DNA of 64,000 bases from positions 32,483 to 96,482 of the forward strand of contig SLQX01000029.1 of NCBI GenBank assembly GCA_007131245.1, in the 5' to 3' direction. Shown piece after piece: positions 40,005 to 49,277 of this stretch (position 1 is the first letter of the stretch; every line of letters starts with the position of its first letter). The notes beneath the pieces are model-generated. The model was not told the origin of the DNA and made no database searches. It was given only the letters and a program-made list of their open reading frames with translations. The stretch is from Bacteroidales bacterium. GTDB lineage: Bacteria > Bacteroidota > Bacteroidia > Bacteroidales > UBA7960. The translations under genes were made by a program, and so were the position numbers.

Positions 40005-41364
40005 TTCTTCTGTAAAGGGATGCCCTGGTAATACCCAGCTCCTTGGCTGCTTTGCTTATGTTTCCTCCGTGTTTATCAATTACTTTATTGATAAGCATTT
40101 TTTCGGTGGCTTCTAGGTTGGTGTCGGGTGTAAGCAACTCATCCGTTTCTTGTTTGTCGGGTGTTGAGAGGAAGAAATCGTTGGGTTGCAGCACATTGGT
40201 CTCACTCATGATGACCGCCCGTTCCACCGAATGTTGCAGCTCCCTGATATTGCCCGGCCAGTGATGTTTTTCCAGCCTTTTCAGGGTAGATGTATGAAGA
40301 CGTTTTACAGGCAGTTTGTATTTTTTGCAATATACATCCAGGAAATGCTCCACCAGCAGGGGGATATCCTCTACCCTTTCCCTTAAAGGCGGCAAGTGAA
40401 TTTCTACCGTATTGATGCGGTACATGAGGTCCTGTCTGAATTTTCCTTCGTCCACCATTTGGTAAAGAGGCATGTTGGTGGCACACACCAGGCGCACATC
40501 TACAGGGGTTTCTTTTACCGAGCCAAGCCTGACCACTTTCCGGTTTTGCAATACACTCAGTAGTTTTGACTGAAGAGGGAAGGTAAGGTTACCAATTTCG
40601 TCCAGGAAAATGGTGCCTTTGTTGGCTGCCTCAAACCGGCCTGCCCGGTCTTCTTTGGCATCGGTAAAGGCTCCTTTCTTGTATCCAAAAAGTTCACTTT
40701 CAAAAAGCGATTCGCTGATGGCTCCCAAATCAACACTGATAAACACTTCACCTTTTCTCTGGGAGGCCCGATGTATCGCCCTGGCTATGACCTCCTTACC
40801 GGTTCCGTTCTCACCAAGTATCAGAATGTTGGCATCTGTTTTGGCTACTTTTTTAACGGTGGTAAGAACCTTGAGCATGGATTGGGACTTGCCGATGATA
40901 TGGCTGAAGGGCTGGTCGCCTTGCTCCATCAGGGTTTTTTGTTTGGAACGAAGATCGTAAACCTCTTTTTTGGATTGATGAACCTGCAATGTTGTGTTGA
41001 TGGTAGCAAGCAGTTTTTTGTTGTCCCAGGGCTTGAGCAGAAAATTGGTCGCCCCCTCTTTGATCCCTTGTACGGCCAACTCAATGTCGCCATAGGCAGT
41101 AATCAATATTACCGCTATGGTGGGATCTGTATCCAGAATTTTATTCAGCCAGTGAAAGCCCTCTTTGCCGCTGGTGGCATCCCGCGAAAAGTTCATGTCA
41201 AGTAAAATCAGATCGTAGGACTCTTTCTTAAGCAACGTAGGAAGATTTTCAGGGTTTTTGTCGGTGTTTACCGTTTTCACATGTTGCTTCAGGAACAATT
41301 TGGCAGCCAGTAAAACATCCTCGTCATCATCTACAATAAGTATTTTGGAGTTGATCTTGCTCAT
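39985..41364 (-). CDS. Sigma-54-dependent response regulator (REC - AAA+ - Fis HTH; NtrC family)
   Basis: 459 aa with receiver ILIVDDDEDVLL...DLILLDMNF, Walker A GENGTGKE, the GAFTDA loop, and C-terminal HTH ISKAAKELGITRASLYRRIEKY. Confidence 0.93.
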   Translation of the reverse strand: MSKINSKILIVDDDEDVLLAAKLFLKQHVKTVNTDKNPENLPTLLKKESYDLILLDMNFSRDATSGKEGFHWLNKILDTDPTIAVILITAYGDIELAVQGIKEGATNFLLKPWDNKKLLATINTTLQVHQSKKEVYDLRSKQKTLMEQGDQPFSHIIGKSQSMLKVLTTVKKVAKTDANILILGENGTGKEVIARAIHRASQRKGEVFISVDLGAISESLFESELFGYKKGAFTDAKEDRAGRFEAANKGTIFLDEIGNLTFPLQSKLLSVLQNRKVVRLGSVKETPVDVRLVCATNMPLYQMVDEGKFRQDLMYRINTVEIHLPPLRERVEDIPLLVEHFLDVYCKKYKLPVKRLHTSTLKRLEKHHWPGNIRELQHSVERAVIMSETNVLQPNDFFLSTPDKQETDELLTPDTNLEATEKMLINKVIDKHGGNISKAAKELGITRASLYRRIEKYEL

Positions 41365-41807
41365 GGTGTTTTTTTTTAGGCTAAATTAATAAAAAATAAT
41401 TATCCCCTCTATGTATTGTAATCCCGTAATAGCCAAAATTTAAGAGAAAGGCAGCAATCTGAATATTGATGGTGTCAGTTATGCAAACGAAAAGTTATGG
41501 GCATACAAGTTAAAGTATGTGAGCAAGCAAGAGGTGGATTTGCTGTGTTTGTCCGTTTTGTTGGGGGTTTCATAACATCAGACTTGTCAAAGACAAATAA
41601 TTTTTGCTCAAACTTTCACGCTTTATTATGGCCCTCTGGGCAGATAGCCAGTAGCTCATATCTGCGCACAGCTATTTGTCCGGGATGGTGAGTATGAATC
41701 TCTACCGTTGTTAAGGTGTTGTTGGTTTCATCAAAAACAGGGCAGTAGATGTACCCGGGGCATAATGGGCCAGAGAGTATATACCAAATTTGTCATAGAA
41801 GTGGATC

Positions 41808-42035
41808 CTATAAAAAAAAACGATTGATAAGCCTGATAATAATATTCATGAGCAGGCTTATGATAACCAGGGTGGTGAAAGGAAAATAAAACCTAAAGTT
41901 CTCTTTTTCGATGCGAATATCACCAGGAAGTTTCCCCACCCAGTGGAGTTTGTCATGGAAAAAATACAGCAGTACTCCCGCTGCCAGCGCAATTGTGCCT
42001 GCTATCATCAGCCATTTTCCCAAATCGTGTTGCAT
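41808..42035 (-). CDS. Small membrane protein, DUF2905-like
   Basis: 75 aa containing WLMIAGTIALAAGVLLYF...KLPGDIRIEKENFRFYFPFTTLVIISLLMNIII, the pattern I associate with DUF2905. Confidence 0.65.
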   Translation of the reverse strand: MQHDLGKWLMIAGTIALAAGVLLYFFHDKLHWVGKLPGDIRIEKENFRFYFPFTTLVIISLLMNIIIRLINRFFL

Positions 42036-42358
42036 TTTTTTTACGTAAAGTTAAAAAAAACAGAAGATTTCACCGGATACTTTGCTGCTAGCGCGGGATG
42101 GTCCGCCCAAGGGCGTGGAGACTATCACAGGTGTTTCAGCTTTAAGTGTTATTTTTTGACAGGAAAGTGTCAGGCGTTCATATCTGCCAGGGTCATCTTT
42201 GTTAACAGGGATGAGATTGCTTTTATGGGGGTAGGAACCATTATTTTAAAGCAGCCAAATTGGTTAATAACTTTATTTTTGTGCTAGCATAAAAACATAT
42301 ATTTTTGCTTTGGCATAATGCCTCCGATCACAGAACTATAGATTTACCCTTGCAATAA

Positions 42359-44134
42359 ATGGAAAACTTTGTTGTTTCAGCACGAAAATACCGTCCGGCC
42401 ACTTTTGACATGGTAGTGGGTCAGGCTTCAATCACCAATACCCTGAAAAATGCCATCAAAAACGATCACCTGGCACAGGCCTTTTTGTTTTGTGGTCCTC
42501 GAGGTGTAGGGAAAACCACCTGTGCTCGCATTATGGCCAAAACCATCAATTGTGAAAATCTCACAGAAACCATAGAAGCCTGCAACGAATGTAAATCCTG
42601 CCTGTCGTTCAATGAATCTAACTCTTTTAACGTTCATGAGCTGGATGCCGCATCCAACAACTCAGTGGATGATATACGCAATTTGGTTGACCAGGTAAGA
42701 ATCCCTCCGCATATTGGTAAATACAAAGTGTATGTGATTGATGAGGTGCATATGCTATCCCAGCAGGCTTTCAATGCTTTTTTGAAAACCCTCGAAGAGC
42801 CGCCGGCCTATGCTAAGTTTATTTTGGCCACCACCGAAAAGCACAAAATTATTCCCACTATTTTGTCGCGGTGTCAGATTTTTGATTTTGCCCGCATTAC
42901 CATTGATGACATTGCCAGACAGTTGGAGTTTGTGGCGGGGAAAGAAAGCATCGAAACGGAGTATGAGGCATTGCATGTTATCGCCCAAAAGGCCGATGGT
43001 GCTATGCGTGATGCACTATCAATTTTTGACCAGATTGTCAGCTTTGCCGGAAACAATGTTACATATCGGGCCGTAGTAGACAACCTTAACGTATTGGACT
43101 ACGACTATTTTTTCAATATGATCGACCATATACTGGCCGGCGATACCAGCAAGGTATTATTGCTTTATAATCAAATTATTGAAAAGGGTTTCGAGGGCTC
43201 CCACTTTATTTCCGGCTTTGCCTCTCACATGCGCAACCTGCTGGTTTGCAAAGACCCCAAAACCGTAAAACTCATGGATGTGGGAGAAAACATCCGCCAA
43301 AAGTACACCGGACAATCGGCGCAATGCCCTCCCCAGTTTTTGCTAAAAGCGTTGGATATTGCTAACCGTTGTGATATTTCCTACCGCACCAGCAATAATA
43401 AAAGGTTGCATGTAGAGCTGGCACTATTGCAGATTTCCGGTCTGTTGCAGCAGGCTGATCCCGCTGGAACGGCTCCTCAGACCCATCAAAAGACAGGTGC
43501 TGTTTCTTCCGCAAATCCAGCCCCTACACAAACCACACCCCAAAAAACCCAGTCTCCTTCATCACCGGCAAAAGCCGCTCCCTCTGCCGACAGTGTGCAT
43601 GAACAAAAAAGCGCAAGTGAGGTAAAGGAACCCGCCAGGCCCTCGCCATCAAGTGTCAACAGAACCAATAAGCCTCCCAGCATAAAAATTAATCCTTCAG
43701 CTTCTGACAAGGACGAAAAAAAAAAAGATGAGCTGACTGAACCAGGAGTGGATGAACCCAAGCCCGAAGAGCAGTTTACCTCCCATGATCTTTTGCGGAT
43801 ATGGGAAAAACTAAAAGAGAAGTTCAGGAATTCAAGTGCCAGTATTTTTACGGCTCTTAATACTTATGAACCTGAGATAAAGGAATCAGGGATGATCCAA
43901 ATCAAGGTGAATAATCTTGTTCAAAAAGAAAGTATATTTGAACAAAAACCTGAAATGTTAAGTTTTTTAAGGCAAAACCTGAAAAACTATGCAATCAACT
44001 TTGAAGTGGTTATCGTAGAAGTGCCCAAAACCCAAAAAGCATACCTCCCCGCAGAAAAGCTGCAAAAAATGCTGGACAAAAATCCACAAATTGAAAAACT
44101 TAAAAACGATTTGGACTTGGATCTTATCTATTAA
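42359..44134 (+). CDS. dnaX: DNA polymerase III subunit gamma/tau
   Basis: 591 aa containing ARKYRPATFDMVVGQ, CGPRGVGKTTCARI, the zinc module CNECKSC, DEVHMLS and SRCQIFDF. This is followed by a P/S/A/T/Q-rich linker and a C-terminal globular region. Confidence 0.96.
   Translation: MENFVVSARKYRPATFDMVVGQASITNTLKNAIKNDHLAQAFLFCGPRGVGKTTCARIMAKTINCENLTETIEACNECKSCLSFNESNSFNVHELDAASNNSVDDIRNLVDQVRIPPHIGKYKVYVIDEVHMLSQQAFNAFLKTLEEPPAYAKFILATTEKHKIIPTILSRCQIFDFARITIDDIARQLEFVAGKESIETEYEALHVIAQKADGAMRDALSIFDQIVSFAGNNVTYRAVVDNLNVLDYDYFFNMIDHILAGDTSKVLLLYNQIIEKGFEGSHFISGFASHMRNLLVCKDPKTVKLMDVGENIRQKYTGQSAQCPPQFLLKALDIANRCDISYRTSNNKRLHVELALLQISGLLQQADPAGTAPQTHQKTGAVSSANPAPTQTTPQKTQSPSSPAKAAPSADSVHEQKSASEVKEPARPSPSSVNRTNKPPSIKINPSASDKDEKKKDELTEPGVDEPKPEEQFTSHDLLRIWEKLKEKFRNSSASIFTALNTYEPEIKESGMIQIKVNNLVQKESIFEQKPEMLSFLRQNLKNYAINFEVVIVEVPKTQKAYLPAEKLQKMLDKNPQIEKLKNDLDLDLIY
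43716..43726 (+). other. A11 homopolymer inside dnaX (candidate recoding / slippage site)
   Basis: The sequence is GAC GAA AAA AAA AAA GAT GAG CTG ACT. The -1 frame reads AGA TGA (43726-43731) and the +1 frame reads ATG AGC TGA (43728-43736). Confidence 0.5.
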
Positions 44135-44298
44135 ACTTTTTTAAAAAATAAATTGTCCTGAGGGTTGTAATTTACGGCACTAAAAGCACACTAATTTAGC
44201 TGAGCATGGAAGTATCAACCCATATCACCCTTTAAATCAAACTACAACAACAAACATAAGTTTAATAAATAGTATTAATCATTTCAAAAACAACAAAT

Positions 44299-45630
44299 AT
44301 GAAACTAAATTGTAAAGCTCTTTTCTCGGTTGCCTTACTGCTGATAGCTTCTGTAAGCTATAGTAGTACACCCAAAATTGAATTTACGGAGTACACCCTC
44401 GACAATGGTCTTCATGTTATACTCAACGAAGACAACACCACACCCAATGTTGTGGTAAATATCATGTACCATGTAGGTGCCAAAAACGAGCACCCTGAGC
44501 GTACAGGTTTTGCTCACTTTTTTGAACACCTGATGTTTGAAGGTACAAAACATATCGAAAGGGGAGAGTTTTCAGAGATTGTAGAAATGGCAGGGGGCTC
44601 GTTGAACGCCTTTACCAGCTTTGATGTAACCAATTACTTTATTCTGCTGCCATCTAACCAGCTGGAGTTGGGCTTGTGGATGGAGTCAGAAAGAATGTTG
44701 CACCCTGTGATTGACTCTATCGGGATTGCTACACAAAAAGATGTAGTTACTGAAGAGATGAAACAAACACGTGACAACCGTCCTTATGGAAGGCTCCTGA
44801 CAGAAACCATCTACCGGGCCTTTACAGAGCATGCTTATAAAACAGATGTACTGGGCGCAGATCCCCACATTCGCAATGCCACAGACGAAGATATTAAAGC
44901 TTTTCACGATATGTTTTATGTGCCCAACAATGCTGTACTTGTCATTACCGGTGATATTGATATTGATGAGACACGGCAGAAGGTAGAAAAGTATTTTGGG
45001 GATATTCCAAGAGGTGGTGACAACTTCCGCAGGCCGGAAAAAGATGCCGAACCCCGGCGTACTGTTGAAGTGCGTGACACAGTATATGATAATATCCAGA
45101 TTCCTGCTGTTGTACAGGCTTATATGATTCCTGCCCAGGGAACTCCTGATTTTTACGCAGTGGAAATGTTGGGTGCAGTTCTCTCCCAGGGGCAAAGCAG
45201 CCGCCTGCATCGTCGATTGGTAGACCAGGAAGAAAAGGCACTTAATGTTTCTTCTTTCCCACTTGGCCTTGAGCACCCTGGTATAAACATTACTTTTGCC
45301 CTTACTAACATGGACACCGACCCCAATGACTTGGAGAAGGCTATCAATGAAGAGATGGAAAGGGTAAGAACAGAGATGATAACAGAAGATGAGTTGCAGA
45401 AAGTAAAAAACCAGTTTGAAAGCCGAATGGTAAACAGTAACACCACCATTGCACGCAGGGCTACCAATCTGGCAAATTACCACTTGCTTTATGGTGATGC
45501 CAGCCTTATCAATACAGAAATTGACAGATACATGGAGGTGACCCGAGAAGATATAAAAAGGGTTGCAAACGAATATTTCAGAGAAGACAACAGGGTGGTA
45601 TTGTATTGGTTGCCAAAGGGTGAAAGTTAA
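44299..45630 (+). CDS. M16 family (pitrilysin-like) zinc peptidase, catalytic subunit
   Basis: 443 aa with a signal peptide, the inverted zinc motif HFFEHLMFEG (HxxEH), and the downstream Glu region. Confidence 0.9.
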   Translation: MKLNCKALFSVALLLIASVSYSSTPKIEFTEYTLDNGLHVILNEDNTTPNVVVNIMYHVGAKNEHPERTGFAHFFEHLMFEGTKHIERGEFSEIVEMAGGSLNAFTSFDVTNYFILLPSNQLELGLWMESERMLHPVIDSIGIATQKDVVTEEMKQTRDNRPYGRLLTETIYRAFTEHAYKTDVLGADPHIRNATDEDIKAFHDMFYVPNNAVLVITGDIDIDETRQKVEKYFGDIPRGGDNFRRPEKDAEPRRTVEVRDTVYDNIQIPAVVQAYMIPAQGTPDFYAVEMLGAVLSQGQSSRLHRRLVDQEEKALNVSSFPLGLEHPGINITFALTNMDTDPNDLEKAINEEMERVRTEMITEDELQKVKNQFESRMVNSNTTIARRATNLANYHLLYGDASLINTEIDRYMEVTREDIKRVANEYFREDNRVVLYWLPKGES

Positions 45631-45714
45631 TCTCTGACCCTGCCATCCAAATCAGGCTGCATAGTCTGCTAAATCAATATTTAAGCAAAATTCAAAAAAA
45701 TAAAAACCAGTACG

Positions 45715-47802
45715 ATGAAAAAAATTATATTGTCATTATTGTTTATTGTTTTTACTGTTATTACAGTAACTGCCCAACTTGACAGAAGTCAACGGCCCGA
45801 ACCCGGCCCGGCACCCGAAATACAACTTGGAGAGTTTGAAACCTTTAGCATGGATAACGGTATGCAGGTAATTGTGGTGGAAAACCGCAAGGTACCTGTT
45901 ATTTCTTTTCAGCTAACCCTTGATATTGACCCTGTTTTGGAGGGAGATGCCAAAGGGTATGTAAACTTTGCCGGGCAGCTTATGCGCGAAGGCACAGAAA
46001 GTCGTTCAAAGGAAGAAATTGATGAAGCCATAGACTTTTTAGGAGCCAATCTGTCAACTTCTTCCAGGGGTATGTTTGCCTCTTCTCTCACACGTCATAA
46101 AGACGATTTGATGGATTTGATGTCAGATATTTTGCTCAACCCGGTATTTCCCGAAGAAGAACTTCAACGTCGTATCAATCAGGCCCGCACCGGCCTGCAG
46201 TCGGCCAAAACCGATGCAAATACCATTGCCCGTAATGTTTCAAGCACCCAGGTATATGGGTATGATCACCCATACGGTGAAGTGATGACCGAGGAAACTC
46301 TGGACAATATCAGTGTGGAACTGCTCAGGGAGTACTACAACACTTACTTTAAACCCAATGTAGCTTATATGGTGATTGTTGGAGATATCAACAAAGAGGA
46401 AGCCCGGGAGCTCATGAATGATTATTTTAGCCAATGGGAGCCAGGAGAAGTTCCTTCTCAAACCTATCCAACTCCTGTTCCACCCCAAGGTAGGCGTGTT
46501 GCTTTTGCCGAAAGACCAGGAGCAAGCCAATCTGTGGTGTCTATCACCTATCCTGTGGTTTTGCAACCCGGCCATGAGGATGCCATTAATGTAAGTGTAA
46601 TGAACAGTATTTTAGGAGGTGGTGTTTTTTCCGGAAGACTGATGCAAAATCTTCGTGAAGATAAAGGGTATACTTACGGAGCACGCTCTAATATCTCAAC
46701 AGACCCTGTAGTTAGCAGGTTTGTGGCTCGCACCGAAGTTCGAAACAGTGTTACCGACAGTACGGTTGTTGAAATTTTGCATGAGATGGACCGTTTGATC
46801 AACGAACCGGTGGAGGAGGAAGACCTTGACCTGGTAAAAAGCTTTATGACCGGTCAGTTTGCACGCTCGTTGGAAAGCCCCAGGACCATGGCCAGGTATG
46901 CTTTGAATATTGAGCGCTATGACCTGCCCGAAGACTACTATGCGACCTACCTGGAAAGACTGAATGCTGTGACGGTAGAAGATGTTCAGCAGATGGCACA
47001 AAAGTACCTGAAGCCTGAGAACGCTATTGTTGTTGTTGCCGGTAATAAGGAAGAGGTACCTGCTACATTAGAGAAGTTTAGCGCAACAGGTGAAGTAGAA
47101 ATTTTTGATGAGTTTGGCCAACCCTATGTTGAAGCTGAGCTTACCGCTGTACCTGATGGCATTACCGTACAAAATGTTCTTAATGATTATTTTGATGCTG
47201 TAGGCGGAAAGAAAAATTTCGATAAAATTGATGATATGATACAGGTTATGACCACCTCCATCCAGGGTATGGATCTTACCATTACTTCCTATCAGAAAGC
47301 GCCTCACCATATGCGTGTGGAAACGGCTATGGGTGGCAATGTCATGTCAGAGCAAATCTTCAACGGTGAAAAGGCGGTTGTTACATCCCCAATGGGTAGA
47401 CAGGAGTTTACAGAAGGCCCTGAGTTTGAAATGATGAAAATGCAGGCTGTTCTCAACATGGAAATGAACTATGAAGAACATGGCATTGAGAAGTCATTGC
47501 TTGGAATAGAAGAGGTGGACGGTTCACCTGCCTACAAGGTGGAGGTCCTTTCCCCGCAAGGACAAAGAAGCCTTGAGTATTATGATACCCAATCAGGCTT
47601 GAAAATTCGTACTGAAACGCCCGAAGGTTTTGCAAGAATTTCTGATTACAGGGAGGTAGAAGTTGAAGTAGAGGGAAAACCCCGGGTCTTCAAGTTTCCC
47701 TTTAAAGTAGAGCAGCAAGCCGGTCCTCAACTGATGGAGATGACAGTGGAAGAAATTAAAATAAATACCAATATAGAAGAGTCTAGATTTGATATAGACT
47801 AA
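45715..47802 (+). CDS. M16 family peptidase-like protein lacking the HxxEH motif (probable non-catalytic partner) with an extra C-terminal domain
   Basis: 695 aa with a signal peptide. The M16 fold-like sequence has NFAGQLMREGT at the position of the zinc motif. About 220 extra C-terminal residues are present. Confidence 0.8.
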   Translation: MKKIILSLLFIVFTVITVTAQLDRSQRPEPGPAPEIQLGEFETFSMDNGMQVIVVENRKVPVISFQLTLDIDPVLEGDAKGYVNFAGQLMREGTESRSKEEIDEAIDFLGANLSTSSRGMFASSLTRHKDDLMDLMSDILLNPVFPEEELQRRINQARTGLQSAKTDANTIARNVSSTQVYGYDHPYGEVMTEETLDNISVELLREYYNTYFKPNVAYMVIVGDINKEEARELMNDYFSQWEPGEVPSQTYPTPVPPQGRRVAFAERPGASQSVVSITYPVVLQPGHEDAINVSVMNSILGGGVFSGRLMQNLREDKGYTYGARSNISTDPVVSRFVARTEVRNSVTDSTVVEILHEMDRLINEPVEEEDLDLVKSFMTGQFARSLESPRTMARYALNIERYDLPEDYYATYLERLNAVTVEDVQQMAQKYLKPENAIVVVAGNKEEVPATLEKFSATGEVEIFDEFGQPYVEAELTAVPDGITVQNVLNDYFDAVGGKKNFDKIDDMIQVMTTSIQGMDLTITSYQKAPHHMRVETAMGGNVMSEQIFNGEKAVVTSPMGRQEFTEGPEFEMMKMQAVLNMEMNYEEHGIEKSLLGIEEVDGSPAYKVEVLSPQGQRSLEYYDTQSGLKIRTETPEGFARISDYREVEVEVEGKPRVFKFPFKVEQQAGPQLMEMTVEEIKINTNIEESRFDID

Positions 47803-47825
47803 CCTATAGTTAAAACCCTTATAAA

Positions 47826-47863
47826 ACGGCTGACTGGTATTTTTATCAGTCGGCCGTTTTTTT
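47826..47863 (+). terminator. Rho-independent terminator after the M16 pair (overlaps the 3' end of the convergent xseA)
   Basis: ACGGCTGACT (47826-47835) pairs with AGTCGGCCGT (47848-47857) with one G-U pair, followed by T7. Confidence 0.7.
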
Positions 47864-49276
47864 ATCCGATGGTTTTGCCATAGTAACCTTGCTTTCCACC
47901 GTACCACTGTAAAGGGTGGTTTGGATAATGGTTCCTGCTGTGAGCCTGGAAGCATCCGTAATGCTTTTCCCCTCGTTACGGGTAATGGAGTAACCCCGCT
48001 TCAGTATGTTTTCCGGGTCCAGAAGTCTTAACTTTTCGTCCAGGCTGGCGAGGGAGGCTCTTTGGCTGGTATAGAAACTTCTGGTGTTTGACTGGAGCAT
48101 CTTCTGGTATTGATCGATGGAGCACCTGTTCTCAGTGATTTTCAGACCGGGGGTTACAGATAACCGGTAGGCCGTATGGTCAATTTTTTCATTGTGTAGG
48201 TTGGTGAGCTTTACGGTGTTTTGCAGCAATGTGTTGAGCAAAAGGTCCTGTTGCTTTTGAGCCCGTTGTAACATTGCCGGTGTATTATACTGAAGTTTCT
48301 CCTGCTGCAAACCCAGGTTTTGCTTGTGAAGTTGCAACAGCCGCATCGTTTGGTTGGAGAGTGACTGGCTGGCCTGCTGTATTCGTTGTGCAAAATCGTG
48401 GAATTTTTCAACAATAAAATATCCCACGTCTGTCGGGGTAATTTTGTTGGCCCATGCTACCATTTCGGCAATGGTCTCATTAGTTGAATGCCCGATTCCT
48501 GTTATAACCGGCAGGGGGAAGGTGGCAATTTCCCTGGACAGGTTGTAGTCATCATAGCAGCTAAGCCCGATATCTCCACCTCCTCCCCTGATTATGGCCA
48601 CCATATCAAACCTTTCCCGGGCCTTTTTGATAATGCGCAGTTGCGACAGGATGTTTTCAGCAGCCTTGTCTCCCTGTAAAAGAGAGGGAAACAGGTAATG
48701 CCAAACGGCGTAGTTTTGCGATTGGGCTTCTATGATATTCAGAAAATCGCTGTACCCTTTGCTTGTTTCCACAGATATAACGGCTACCCTTTTGGGGAGC
48801 AAGGGGATGCTGAGGGTTTTGTTTTGCCCGAATACACCTTCTTTTTTCAGCCCTTCAATATTTTGGCTTTTTATCATGGCCATTTCGCCAAGCGTAAAGG
48901 AGGGTTCAATATCTCTTATCTGCAGTGATAGACCATACACAGGATGAAAGCTTACCGATGCCCTGAAAAGAATAAACATACCCTCTTTCAGCTCATTGCT
49001 GGTGATTTTTTGAAATTTCCTGTTGATTCTTTGGAAGTCGGCTGCCCAAATAGTAGCCCGCATCTGGGCTTGTAAGGTTTCCCCCGATTTGTCTACAAGT
49101 TCTGGGTAACAATGACCACTCCTGGGGTAATAGTTTAGCTTTGCAATTTCGGCTTTGATCCAATAGGCAGAAGTGTAGTTTCTTTCAATTACAGACCGCA
49201 GGCTTTTGCCCAACTCAGCCAGTGTATATATCCGGCGTATTTCTTCCATTTTGGGTGGGTTTTCACTGCCTGACAA
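47846..49276 (-). CDS. xseA: Exodeoxyribonuclease VII large subunit
   Basis: 476 aa containing IYTLAELGKSLRSVIERNY...YWIKAEIAKLN (OB-fold N-terminus) and the catalytic core IIRGGGGDIGLSCYDDYNLSREIATFPLPVITGIGHSTNETI. The track start at 49276 is TTG, 1 nt after the upstream kinase stop. The first ATG is at 49249. Confidence 0.9.
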   Translation of the reverse strand: MSGSENPPKMEEIRRIYTLAELGKSLRSVIERNYTSAYWIKAEIAKLNYYPRSGHCYPELVDKSGETLQAQMRATIWAADFQRINRKFQKITSNELKEGMFILFRASVSFHPVYGLSLQIRDIEPSFTLGEMAMIKSQNIEGLKKEGVFGQNKTLSIPLLPKRVAVISVETSKGYSDFLNIIEAQSQNYAVWHYLFPSLLQGDKAAENILSQLRIIKKARERFDMVAIIRGGGGDIGLSCYDDYNLSREIATFPLPVITGIGHSTNETIAEMVAWANKITPTDVGYFIVEKFHDFAQRIQQASQSLSNQTMRLLQLHKQNLGLQQEKLQYNTPAMLQRAQKQQDLLLNTLLQNTVKLTNLHNEKIDHTAYRLSVTPGLKITENRCSIDQYQKMLQSNTRSFYTSQRASLASLDEKLRLLDPENILKRGYSITRNEGKSITDASRLTAGTIIQTTLYSGTVESKVTMAKPSDKKTAD

Positions 49277-49277
49277 C

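Noticed and set aside
41470-41485. TGGTGTCAGTTATGCA, with correct GG-N10-GC spacing for a -24/-12 promoter.
   Set aside because: It matches poorly outside GG/GC, and it is on the plus strand with only a doubtful 64-aa ORF downstream and the minus-strand DUF2905 gene beyond it.
41616-41796. A possible frameshifted small gene after DUF2905. An ATG at 41796 opens a 21-codon ORF (MTNLVYTLWPIMPRV...). Deleting one C from the CCCC run (41757-41760) would join it to a 47-codon open frame (...PGYIYCPVFDETNNTLTTVEIHTHHPGQIAVRRYELLAICPEGHNKA*).
   Set aside because: I recognise no family. An open frame of about 59 codons is not improbable by chance at this base composition, and no promoter or terminator context supports it. 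It is worth a BLASTX check only.
42036-42358. A 323-bp region upstream of dnaX, checked for an SRP (4.5S) RNA because ffs often precedes dnaX.
   Set aside because: I could not find the conserved domain-IV signature (GGUCC-GGAA-GGAAGCAGC-like helix 8 with a GNRA loop) on either strand. GC-rich segments such as GCGCGGGATGGTCCGCCCAAGGGCG do not fold into that motif. A covariance-model scan would be needed to be sure.
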